Assembly (NCBI GenBank): GCA_004764695.1 | Contig: SMSO01000037.1 | Location: forward strand, 3,448,747-3,512,746 | Source of the DNA: Schizochytrium sp. TIO01 | Taxonomy: Eukaryota > Protista > Bigyra: Labyrinthulomycetes | Reading direction: 5' to 3' | DNA: 64,000 nt | Shown: in pieces, positions 12,801-23,288 of the stretch | How positions within the stretch are numbered: position 1 is the first letter of the stretch | Layout: each line of letters begins with the position of its first letter | Made by a program: the position numbers and the translations under genes | The notes under the pieces: model-generated | The model's input: the letters and a program-made list of their open reading frames with translations, nothing else | Told to the model about the DNA's origin: nothing | Database searches by the model: none

Positions 12801-13149
12801 GAATCAATGGTTCATATACCAGCAAGAGCTGTTGTTTTGCTTGCAGTGCTTTGTTGCCAGCAGCATAGTGTTCTTGAGCACGCGCATTGGTATATTCTAA
12901 TAAACCAGATTTTCAATATATATTTGAATGCGAAGGGAAAGCACATTTTTCCTATTGGACTACGGCTTCAATTCAAAGTACCCTTAGGAGGAGAATTAGC
13001 AAGTCCTGAGACCAAAAAGTTCTACAGAACCTCATTTGAACACTTTGCTGTGTTTCTGCCTAATCACCAAATCAAACCAACAATCTTTAAAATGCTAGAC
13101 TAACGCATCTTTTATTATCATCATTATTTTTATATTCTTCTTCTTCTTC

Positions 13150-13150
<1 letters not shown>

Positions 13151-13222
<72 letters not shown>
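13151..13222. repeat. (TAA)24 microsatellite flanked by TTC/TCA/TTA runs
   Basis: Perfect trinucleotide run read directly. Confidence 0.95.
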
Positions 13223-13224
<2 letters not shown>

Positions 13225-14057
13225 TCATCATTAATCTTGTTATTATTATTATTATCATCATTAATATTGTTATTACTCAATTCATGATCCTCTGTGTCTT
13301 CATTGGTAGTAGTCAAAGACATACTCACATCAGATATTACACAGCAATTTATCAAAGATTTCCACATCAATGTTCGACTTGAACGCACAAGAGGTTTCTT
13401 TCAGGAGTACCCTAGTAGTTAATGACTCATTATTTCTATTTTCTTTTTTAGTGGTTCATTTGGTACCATACCCGGGCAAACGAGCAATATTTCATAGAAC
13501 TTGAGCAAGAGTAGAACAAGTCTGCGATTATCGTACCTAGCTTCGGCATCATGTCATGGTCTTCCTGAACTCCCATAGTTGAGGAGGATTGATTCAGAGC
13601 CATATTGGTTCTTCAAGCAAAAAGGTACTGCGTAGAAAGTGACCAGGATCAAATTTATATATCCGCTGTGAGGCCGCAGGTTCTCAAGAATGAAATAGAG
13701 CGTATTAGTTTTCTCACCATCTTCTTCCTGCGCAGCTTGCTTCTCCATGTAGACTTCCTTTGTAGTCTCATCGTGCTCGAGATCATTTTGATGCACTTGC
13801 ATTCGCTTTTGCATTCGGCCTAAAATGTTAGCGTCGTCGAAGTCGCCGGATTTTATGAAGAGGTCTCTTCTACACATCGTTGTATTTATTTATAGCTGTT
13901 GACTGTTTCGTTGGTAGTTATAATAATCATAATCGGAAAACCTTAGCACAGGATTATGAAGAAAAAGGCCAACTTCAAGAAGAGAGACGAGTAGGGGTTC
14001 TGCGAATGTGTCAGAATCCGACAGAGCATAAGAACTGACTCGTTTCCAGCAACTGGC

Positions 14058-15695
14058 ATGGCTTTGGCAAGATCGTGGACTGCAGCGATGGCGCCTGCGG
14101 AAGCTGACGAGGATGAGGTGCGTGAGATCTTGCAAGACATTGACGCACTAAGCAGCTCCTCTCGCTCGAGGTCGAGACTTGACCGAAAATCCTCTGCAGA
14201 CGGAGCTGTCTCGGTGGCGTGGACTCTGGCATCTGATGATGAGCTTGCGAGACTTGAGTATGAAAATAGTTTCTTACAATCAACAGAAACTCTACTGGAA
14301 AGCAAGTGTGCCTCGCTAGACTCAAGACTTGAAGAGGTCACCACTTTGCTGCGCCATCGCGACGAAGTTGTTCAGGAACAGCATTCACAGATCTCCGCAG
14401 CACAACAAGCCCTACAAAATGCCAAACACCGCATAAGATCGTTGGAATCTGACGTCCAACATCGCAACGAGCAAGTGGCTTCTCTCAAGTCTTTACTCGC
14501 AGTTCATGAAAGACATTCGCGCGAGCTAAAGGATGAAGAAGACGCCTTAGAAATGCAGATTCGAGCAACTTCTCGTGCATGTGAAGAAAATGAGTCTCTT
14601 CAACGCGAGCTTGATGCATGTCGATCACAGCTTGCTACATTGCCAGCAAAAGCGGAACAAACCGAGAGGCAAACTAAACAACTTCAAGATACAGAAGCGA
14701 AGTTGAAGGCAGCCCTAGATCGTATAACAGATTTGGAGCGCAGTCTACTTGACACCAAGACAAAATATGATCACACGATGCAACAAGCGCGCGAAGAAAG
14801 TGAGAAATCAAAAATTGAATGTATTCGTGTGCAAGAACAATTAAAAGCTACACGTCTGCATGAAACTGACTATTCTGCACTGCTTCAGCGCCAGCTCGAA
14901 GCTTCCATCGAGCAGGCTGACCAAGCTCGCCGGCGCGCAGATTATGCAGAACTTCGGGTTCGAGAGCTTGAACACGAACGAGACAGTCTACGTATTGAGC
15001 TTCATGCGGACCAGGGCCGAGCATCTTCTGCAGAAGAGTCAGTGGCCAAAGCACAGCATGAGCTTGCACGTCTACAGAGCGAGGTAGTTCTTTCAAGAGA
15101 AGAGTATGATCGAACAAAAGCTCGAGAACGGCAAAGTGCAGAGCAAATGGCAACAGAACTTGCAGACGCGAAGGCTGAGTTGGAGACAGAGAGAACGTGC
15201 ACTAATGAGCTCCGCAAACAACTAGGCAAGTTATCGCGAGATTTGCATACTGTTATATCGCACAACAGAAGAACAGCCGGTAATGCCGCTCAAGAGATGC
15301 GTTTTTTACGTGAAACTCTTGTTGAGTGCGAAAGTCTTATCTCTTCTCATGTGTCTGCTAGAGGAGCAACCACTTTAAACTATCCTGGATGCGTAATCGC
15401 AAATAATAGCAACACCAATATGAGGTGGTCCTCAACAGCTCCCCACACACCATCACGTAACGATAGAACACTAGAAGCATCTCAAGCCATTGCAAAAAGT
15501 GCAGAGACTCTGAGGCTCCGCAAGTTACGCATGCAAGCTGAATCAAATGCGTACCTGTCTCCTCGAGCACGAACAAGTCTGAAACATGTTTACAGTAGTG
15601 ACTCGGATAGTTCCTCGGCACCACTTTCGACGATCTGCTCTCAGCTCGCCACGAAGACGAATCAATGGATCACATCCTACACGGCAAAATCTTAA
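14058..15695 (+). CDS. Long coiled-coil protein, 545 aa, function unknown (centrosomal/cytoskeletal-like)
   Basis: 545-codon ORF, E/Q/R/L/A-rich heptad character over roughly aa 60-420, Ser-rich tail. Confidence 0.8.
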   Translation: MALARSWTAAMAPAEADEDEVREILQDIDALSSSSRSRSRLDRKSSADGAVSVAWTLASDDELARLEYENSFLQSTETLLESKCASLDSRLEEVTTLLRHRDEVVQEQHSQISAAQQALQNAKHRIRSLESDVQHRNEQVASLKSLLAVHERHSRELKDEEDALEMQIRATSRACEENESLQRELDACRSQLATLPAKAEQTERQTKQLQDTEAKLKAALDRITDLERSLLDTKTKYDHTMQQAREESEKSKIECIRVQEQLKATRLHETDYSALLQRQLEASIEQADQARRRADYAELRVRELEHERDSLRIELHADQGRASSAEESVAKAQHELARLQSEVVLSREEYDRTKARERQSAEQMATELADAKAELETERTCTNELRKQLGKLSRDLHTVISHNRRTAGNAAQEMRFLRETLVECESLISSHVSARGATTLNYPGCVIANNSNTNMRWSSTAPHTPSRNDRTLEASQAIAKSAETLRLRKLRMQAESNAYLSPRARTSLKHVYSSDSDSSSAPLSTICSQLATKTNQWITSYTAKS

Positions 15696-15719
15696 TGAAC
15701 TATTTGCAACACTAGCACC

Positions 15720-16853
15720 CTAAGGTGTGGACATGACATCTACCTCAAGGTCCCAAACAAAGCGTCCTTCTACAAGAGCTTTATCCTCAAACTTAGTTAG
15801 AGGTCGCCACGCGGGGCGCGTGGTGAACTCAAGATCGATGGATTGTGCAAGTTCGCCCATACGTTTTTCCACAGCTAGCTCACTAACCCGAGCTCGCTCC
15901 AAATACTTAGCATTTGGAGCCAGTTGATCAAAATGGACATATTTTTCATTCGCGGGACCGCCACTCTTGCCAAGGCTTCGTATACGCCAGAGCTTGTCGT
16001 TGGGCGATGTCATCATATGTTGCAGGACATCAAGAAGATAGCTGCCGACATCAGACGCAATATGAAGTATTCCGCCAGAGCGCATTTTGGGTGCAAGCAA
16101 CTCTAAAAAGGAGCCACTTAGCAGTCTGCAGTTGAAATCAGATTCGCTTCCCGAAAAGGGGTCGGGAAAGTAGATTTGCACTCGGTCGAAACTATCGTTA
16201 CCGCAATAACGTTGTAAAAATTTTGTGACTTCTCCTCCGAAGAGTCTCACGTTGGTGAGTTTCTGTTCATCGCAAGCACTAGCAACATGTGCATGGCCTG
16301 TGCGATATATTTCAATGCCAAGGTACCGATCAGAAGGGTTCTTCTCTGCGAGTTGCAAGATGGAGTCTCCAATGCCAAACCCAACATCTGCAATCAATCT
16401 TGGCCTGATTGATGATTCAATTTTAGGTAGTGTCTCAGTTGTAGATACAGCCGCGTTGTCACTGAGATTAAACCACTCATCCCAATCAACTGCCTCGTTA
16501 TACTTCAGTGTTCTATGGTCCCTTCCATATTTGGGCCAAACATCTCGCAAAACAGCTTTTTGACGCTTTGTCAAATTTCGGCGACGAGCTTGATACCACT
16601 GAGGCATTTGAAGCTCATTGCCATCTTGACGTTTCCGCTTGTTTTGCCCCTCGCTTGAGTCCTCTGCATGCTGTGTACAAGACTCCACTTCGTCGTTCTT
16701 GCATTCAACTTGCTTGGCGCCACCGACACAAGTGCGATGGCCATCCTGCATATGGTTAGCAAGAGTTGAGCTTGTTGTTGTCGAGGTGTCTATGTTCGTT
16801 TCCCTCGAAATAGACGTGCCTGCAGGACCAACCTCATTTGGGAGTGTCATCAT
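15720..16853 (-). CDS. trmB: tRNA (guanine-N7)-methyltransferase, bacterial TrmB type, with N-terminal extension
   Basis: LTKRQKAVLRDVWPKYG, SAM motif DVGFGIG, GIEIY, NVRL, IYFPDP, GGILHIASD, RPLTKFE...G..VWDL, all collinear with proteobacterial TrmB. First ATG at 16853 (ORF open to 16907). Confidence 0.88.
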   Translation of the reverse strand: MMTLPNEVGPAGTSISRETNIDTSTTTSSTLANHMQDGHRTCVGGAKQVECKNDEVESCTQHAEDSSEGQNKRKRQDGNELQMPQWYQARRRNLTKRQKAVLRDVWPKYGRDHRTLKYNEAVDWDEWFNLSDNAAVSTTETLPKIESSIRPRLIADVGFGIGDSILQLAEKNPSDRYLGIEIYRTGHAHVASACDEQKLTNVRLFGGEVTKFLQRYCGNDSFDRVQIYFPDPFSGSESDFNCRLLSGSFLELLAPKMRSGGILHIASDVGSYLLDVLQHMMTSPNDKLWRIRSLGKSGGPANEKYVHFDQLAPNAKYLERARVSELAVEKRMGELAQSIDLEFTTRPAWRPLTKFEDKALVEGRFVWDLEVDVMSTP

Positions 16854-18010
16854 CGCAGGGAAATTGGGTTCTTGTTTGACGTGTCGATGGTGAATGGTTG
16901 TCAACAAGGTAGAATTTAAATAGACAGTGCGTACCAGTAGGACATACTACTACTATCGTTATTAGTTATTGAATGTCGGGTCAAAGCTCTGTGGAATAAA
17001 ACAGAAGATGTAGTCATAACATTTCCAATTTGATTTGATCTGATCTACTGTCCGATGCTTGAGATAGGAGTCCGCATAACCTTTCACATTCTAAAATTGG
17101 TCAAATACTGATAGGAGACCAGAAACCTGTGAAGCAATTCATGCAGACTTCATAGTACGTACAGAGTACAAGATAGACCGTCGACATCTCTTGCAATTTG
17201 CAATAGCAGGCAACATGCAATTCCTAGCGTAACCACACCTCGCCCATCAATTGATTGTATCCTGATCCTAACTGAAGTAAATTAATGGATCAAAATCTCA
17301 AATCCTTTACAATTTTAATCCGAGAAACGAGTCAACCGTTGAATCGACTATCCCATCCTACAGGCAGTCTCGCATTCAATACACAAATCCCTACAAATCA
17401 TCACCCATTGAGATTTTTGCAGGATCATTGCTCCTTTCGGCTGTTATTTCCGAAAATCAAGGAGCGCGTTCATGTTCTTCTACACATTTTGTTTTGGTCC
17501 CAGACGGTCCCTATAATCAGGACCGCGATGATCTGGCCGCACTACTTCTACCTACTTACCTATTAGTAGCTAGTTGTGCCGCTCACGATAGATAACACAA
17601 GAAGCGAATCAAACAACAGTCAGTTTGCCAAACCCAAGTTAAATCGCACCGCTCGGATACCGTGCGACGATTTCAAGCCCGCAGACGGAGGCGCTGTCTG
17701 CGTGAGCTCAGCCCAGCCTTGCTCGGCTCAAAGTGAAGCGAAGAAGCGGAAGTATCTTCGTCCACTATCTTGGCATCTTCATATTTGGCTGTTCCTTTAT
17801 TATCACCCAAGCTCAAGGTTCCTCGCGGAGAAGTAGCAACCGTTGAAAAATCTGTGGACAGGATCTTCCGTACGCAGCACTCGGATCCCAACTTGTGTGA
17901 TCTCCAAAAGTTTACTAAGGGAGGAGAGGTTCACTACTTCAGTGATTAATTTGTTGGGGGATTACTGAAGTGTTGAAATTTTAGTCAAATAGAAAAACAA
18001 GGTTTACATC

Positions 18011-19273
18011 ATGTTGCCCACTCATACGAAGAGTCGCAATGGCGGCGCCCCGACGGCACTTAAGTTGCAATCTGCCTTTGACAAAGGCATGCACATGGCA
18101 GGTATCAAGAGCACGAAATCGGGTTCTGGAGACAAGGAAAAGGCGTACATTATTCGACAAAATTGGGCGCTCAAGACGGTGCTGCTGATTCTTGTGGTCT
18201 TTGGCATCGGCATTGTGATTCTCTTCAACACAGTCTTGCAAGTTAACATTTCTCGTCGCGAGGCTATGAAGGCAGAAAAGGTGCATCACCAACTGGAACA
18301 CCAAGCCCAGGTTAGGTTAATGAAGGCCCATCTCGAACTGCAAAAGGCGTTGGAAACCGAGATCCATGAGACAAGCCGCTTCGAGGAATTCCGCTCTATT
18401 GCAGAGTATGCCCTGGGTGACTATTCTGCATCAGTGATCAAGCTTCTCCACGAGAAGAACATTGATAAGGAAGTGATTCAGTCTGTGGAGACCTCCACGG
18501 ATACCCTGCGCAAGAACCTCGATACCTCATTTGACAACGTTTTGCATCACTTCAAGGGAGTGGCAGAGAACGCACGTCGCAATCTGAAGCGGGTTGCGCA
18601 CGCGATTGTCAGTGATGTTGAACTCGATAAGAAAGAGGAAGACCGCTTCCGCGAGAAGATGCAGAAAAAGTTTGGCGTGGACGTGTCCCACGATGATCCT
18701 AAGAAGGCTGATCAGCAAGCCCACAGCTACGACCAGTACGGCGTTCTCGATGAAAGTGATCAAAATGAAGATATTGATGAGGATGATGAGGAGATCCAGG
18801 ATTCGCTTGAATACTTCTTCAAGAAGCTCAAGGCCCATGACTACCCGCTCCTTAACGCTGATGTGATTGAAGAATGGGAGAATGATATGCAAACCATTTC
18901 TGCAACTCTTGCTGACGAGGAGAAGGAGGTTGATCTTAACTCAATTCGGGATCGTGTGACAGCCAAGATTGCCATGCATGCCCCGAATGTTGAGAAGTTT
19001 GACCCGTCGAAGCATAACTCCATTGTTGACTACTACGAGATGCAGATTGAGTTGGCAAAGATCTCTTTCCATAAGCAAACTCTCATGGATCTTTACTCTG
19101 GCTGGAAGGATGATGGTGGTCTTTCTGTGTACACCATCCTCTCTGGCCTCGAACATATTGCAGAGGAAAACAACATGTATCTCCTATACGAATGGCTCGA
19201 TGACGTTGAGGCTGATGAGGATGAAGAGCCTGATGCAGCATCAAAGTCTGATGTCAAGGATACGACAAAGTAA
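18011..19273 (+). CDS. Single-pass (type II) membrane protein with helical/acidic lumenal region, 420 aa, unknown function
   Basis: One strong TM (VLLILVVFGIGIVILF), coiled-coil after the TM, D/E-rich tracts; codons visibly biased to C/G endings. Confidence 0.85.
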   Translation: MLPTHTKSRNGGAPTALKLQSAFDKGMHMAGIKSTKSGSGDKEKAYIIRQNWALKTVLLILVVFGIGIVILFNTVLQVNISRREAMKAEKVHHQLEHQAQVRLMKAHLELQKALETEIHETSRFEEFRSIAEYALGDYSASVIKLLHEKNIDKEVIQSVETSTDTLRKNLDTSFDNVLHHFKGVAENARRNLKRVAHAIVSDVELDKKEEDRFREKMQKKFGVDVSHDDPKKADQQAHSYDQYGVLDESDQNEDIDEDDEEIQDSLEYFFKKLKAHDYPLLNADVIEEWENDMQTISATLADEEKEVDLNSIRDRVTAKIAMHAPNVEKFDPSKHNSIVDYYEMQIELAKISFHKQTLMDLYSGWKDDGGLSVYTILSGLEHIAEENNMYLLYEWLDDVEADEDEEPDAASKSDVKDTTK

Positions 19274-20238
19274 AAAATACCTACGCAATCCCAACCACAA
19301 ACGGGAGAAATTCTTTGACAATTTATTGCGTCAGTCCCTCTCGATATCCTCTATCTTTTTAAATCACCCTTCCCCCGTCCCTCCCCGAAAGAAATAGACA
19401 AACCTGTAGATCAAATGTTTTGCGGCACAGCGCATAGCTCCTCTATTTTGATTTCTTGCTCTTCTACCACTTTTTCCTTTTCACTTTTCTTGACTTATCG
19501 TATCCTTGTTGTGGGCTAACATATAACCAACTATACAGAGTTGCTTTGCACTTTTGATTTCCTTAGGGGTGTACCCAAATGCAGATGTGAATCCTTCTTC
19601 CATGTAGAATACAGATTCAATCTGTAGTGGAATTCGGCTTCGGACTACGTACCTGAAGACACATTTTGATATGTTTCAGAAAAGGAGATCTACTCGTACC
19701 AGGTATGTAGCATTGTTTATTCGCCCGAAAATCACGTCGCGGCGTTTTGCTTTGACGAAAAAAAACAAGAGAAAAGGGATTTCGACATTGAAGACAGTAT
19801 TCAATGAGTACCGGCGGATCAGGGCACGCGTTATTTCAATGGATTATATATATACATATATAAGTGGGGAGGGTGGAAGAAGATTTAAACAGAGAGAAAG
19901 TCGACAATTCGCAAGAAGAATAGTATCAGTAGCTCTACAGATCTACTCGTGAAATCTAAAACGAGGAATGTGGCAATTGGGTTGTACAAAATAAGCGAGG
20001 TAGTAAAATTATAATATTTTAACGAATGGTGTTATTTATGTTCCCGAATTTAAATGTAAAAGATTAGATTTAGTGTTTTTTAAAGAACACACAGGAGGGA
20101 AGCCCATGCATTCTCAGATAGGCAGAGAGCCTACGCGCGTTAAAGCATATGCTCATGCCCTTTACTCTGATGTTACATAAGGAGGGAATAGGAAAGACCT
20201 ACCCTAAGAAGGCAAAACTAGAAGACTCGCTTGCCGGT

Positions 20239-21411
20239 CTACTCCTCAGGCGCCGGGTCAGCTTGCAGCTCGGCACGCTGGCGGGCAAGTTCTTCCTCAG
20301 CGTCCTCAATGTCCTGTTCACGCTTTTGAAGCCGGGTCTCAAAGTTTTCAAGGTCCTCCTCGCGCTCCTGTACTTCTAGTTCGCGCTTCCGAAGAATCTC
20401 GTCAAGCTTTTCGAGTCTATGGCGCTCAACCTCAAGTTTGTGCTTTTCACGCTTAAGCGAGCGCTTAACGCCGTCATAGTCTTTGGAACTAGTCGCCGAC
20501 GGGGGGCTCAAAGATGCCGGCCCTCCCATAGGCCTGAACATAAGATCTCCCTTGGTTACGTTTGATTCAATGTCATCATCCATATCGTCCTCACTATCAC
20601 TGTCACCGGAACGCATGGCACTAAGGTGGCGTTCGTTGCCTCCGCCACCGTACATAAACTCGCGGCGTACTTCGTCTTCAGTGTATCCCATCATCGTAAA
20701 GATTTGCAATACTAATACTGAGCCAAGGTAGAAGCTACCCAGTGCGATGACTATGAGTCCCAGCGCACCGCCAAGAATGATCGCAATATAGCTGTAAGTA
20801 TAGAACGCCCATTTGCGGTCACTCCGCACAATGAGGATAATACCAAACGAAAATAGGGCGCCTGCAAAGAGTGCGACGGTAACAGCCAGGAGCTGCGCCG
20901 CAATGCTCGAGGCGAACTTATCCTTGTATACGGTGATGAGCAGTGCAGCAAGAATCGGCACCCACAGGACGAGAAAACCCACGGTGCCTAGAAATGAAAG
21001 AACTGCAAAGATACCACATAAGTACTCCTTGGTATGATCAGCATTCTCCATACAGTTCCATGCGTATTCGGGGTGGAGACGGGACGGGTCGTTTAAGAAG
21101 AAGATCATCGCAAAACATAAGATCGCAAGCACTGGCAGTGAAACTGTGAGAAATGATAGCCCAAGACATTGTTTCTTACTTGCAAACTCGCGTTGGCAAG
21201 ACCAGAGCGTAGCTGTGACACCACGCCTCGGAGACGCTGCCGAGGGTTGGTGACGCAAGTTGTTTGAGCTTTGGCTATGGCAGTGGCTATGACTGTGACT
21301 GCGACTGTGACTGGGTCCCGGAATTTGAGGCGTAGGCAACGCAATACTATCCCATGGTAGAGACCTTGTCCCCGGCGCGCCCGGCATGTTGTTTTGCGAA
21401 GACACGAGCAT
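20239..21411 (-). CDS. Four-TM membrane protein with C-terminal coiled-coil, 390 aa, unknown function
   Basis: ATG ORF; SH-repeat N-tail, four hydrophobic segments with a Cys pair in the first loop, acidic linker, E/R/K-rich coiled-coil C-terminus. Confidence 0.82.
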   Translation of the reverse strand: MLVSSQNNMPGAPGTRSLPWDSIALPTPQIPGPSHSRSHSHSHCHSQSSNNLRHQPSAASPRRGVTATLWSCQREFASKKQCLGLSFLTVSLPVLAILCFAMIFFLNDPSRLHPEYAWNCMENADHTKEYLCGIFAVLSFLGTVGFLVLWVPILAALLITVYKDKFASSIAAQLLAVTVALFAGALFSFGIILIVRSDRKWAFYTYSYIAIILGGALGLIVIALGSFYLGSVLVLQIFTMMGYTEDEVRREFMYGGGGNERHLSAMRSGDSDSEDDMDDDIESNVTKGDLMFRPMGGPASLSPPSATSSKDYDGVKRSLKREKHKLEVERHRLEKLDEILRKRELEVQEREEDLENFETRLQKREQDIEDAEEELARQRAELQADPAPEE

Positions 21412-23166
21412 TCTTGCGAGCGGGCTCTTCAGCTGCTAGCTATGCTTTTGGCCTCTGCCTTTTATGGCCCCTGTCCCTGATTTCGCAGTCAAAAAGAGTG
21501 TTTTTCCAGGTCCAGGTCTGTTTGGGCCTCTTGTGTGCTCTAAGCCTAGGGCTCCAACGCCAGAGTTTTCGATCCTGACAGCACTGCTCCTCTTGATCTT
21601 TCGCTGCGCAGACGGTCTTCCTCTTTGCGGGTCTGCTTGCTCGCTAGCTTGCTCGCTTGCTTGCGTGTTTGATGAGTACGTGTGGTTTGGCGCTTTGGTT
21701 TCTCCTCTTGTCCGCTGCACGTGAGAAAAAGAAAAGTAAAGAAAAGAAATATGTTTTTCTCCTCCGTTTCTTCCTGACAAGGCCAGTGATGATTATTTTT
21801 AAAAGCCTTTAAAAAAATATATTATTATATATATATATATACTTTTCTTTAATTGAATATAAATAAAAAGTGTCTCTGCGAATCTCTAAGACAAGTCCCT
21901 TGATTATCATTTTTTTCCAACAATTAATAAAAAATTATTTTTTATTGAAAAAAATAATAATAAATAAAAATACGAACTGTAGAAATCTTTACTTTAGCCA
22001 CCGCTCTTCTAAAAAAAGTAGCGCAAGCTCGAATTGAGTAAACGCTAGGATCCAAAGCGAAGTTTCAGAGGTTGCAGCTGTCAATACAGACCATGGCCTT
22101 CCTTTTGAGTACGGCAATCGATCGCTCATAGCAGGAGCCATCCAAGGCAATACGGATGCTTTGTCACCTTTTTTCACCTTTTCATCTCACCGCGATCAAA
22201 AGCGCTTAGTCAAGTAAGTCTGAAGGCCTATTCTATTATGTACACCGCATTTCTAAAGGCGGTTCTGTTCATAATTAGAAACACGCGTTCCTAAAACAGG
22301 ATCTCTAAACTCACAAGTTCGCGCCCAATCCAAAGGCCAAAGGAATCGATCCAAAGGAATCGCCACGCGATAGTTAGGTACCTGAGGTACTTGCGTTTGA
22401 TCTGCCATGGCGTGTATCATCCTCTGATGCTACATTGCCATTGCGCTCTTAATTGCGAGTGTGATCGGGCTCCCTCCTTGACGCAGATAAAGCGCACATC
22501 TTGAGGAGAACTAAGCACTGCTTACTTCATCAGCGGAAGCATCGAGCCGTAAGGGATCCATAATGAATAGACAAAGCTCTTCGGAAACGAGGCCGAGCTC
22601 CAAGTTTTATTCTCGCTGCCGATTTGATTAGCTGATTGATTCATCGAGCGAGCGAGCGTTCTTGAAATCCTTGCTTTTGCTTTAGGGCGCGAGAACCTCC
22701 TCATGAGGACGGAGGCGAATTGGCTTTGACGCTTATAGGACAACCGACTGTGATGGTGCACAGAAGAGTCGGAGATTGCCTTCTGCCCTGCACTCATGAC
22801 GTTCGTGCAATCCGCCTCCAAGAACGCCATGAAAAGGCGAATAATTCCTCGACTTTTATGTCACGTGAGGATGAATGATTCACCTGTTTTGGTTTTCGCT
22901 CAGTAGGTATGAAAAAAAGAAGATACCTCCATTGAGCCTTTATAGGCGTATGAAATGATGACAGTCATCCGCACGTGGCCAAAGAACCCGAACGAGGGTA
23001 ATCGAAAGCCGAAAAGGCAACCAATATCCAAATGAAGGGCCCAAACCATAGGGCTTAGGGCGTACCACAGGCAGGCAGCATCACCCAGCAACCAGAGATC
23101 CGGAGCCCCGCGTGGAGATGGCTCTCTCCTCAATTACTGACCTTTCATTCATTAATGATTCATTCA

Positions 23167-23288
23167 TTTGTTTGTTTGTTTGTTTGTTTGTTTGTTTGTT
23201 TGCTTGTTTGTTTATTTATTTATTTATTTATTTGTATTTATTTATTTGTTTATTTGTATTTATTTGTATTTATCTGTTTGTTTGTTTT
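23167..23288. repeat. Compound (TTTG)n/(TTTA)n microsatellite
   Basis: Visible tetranucleotide runs. Confidence 0.9.
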
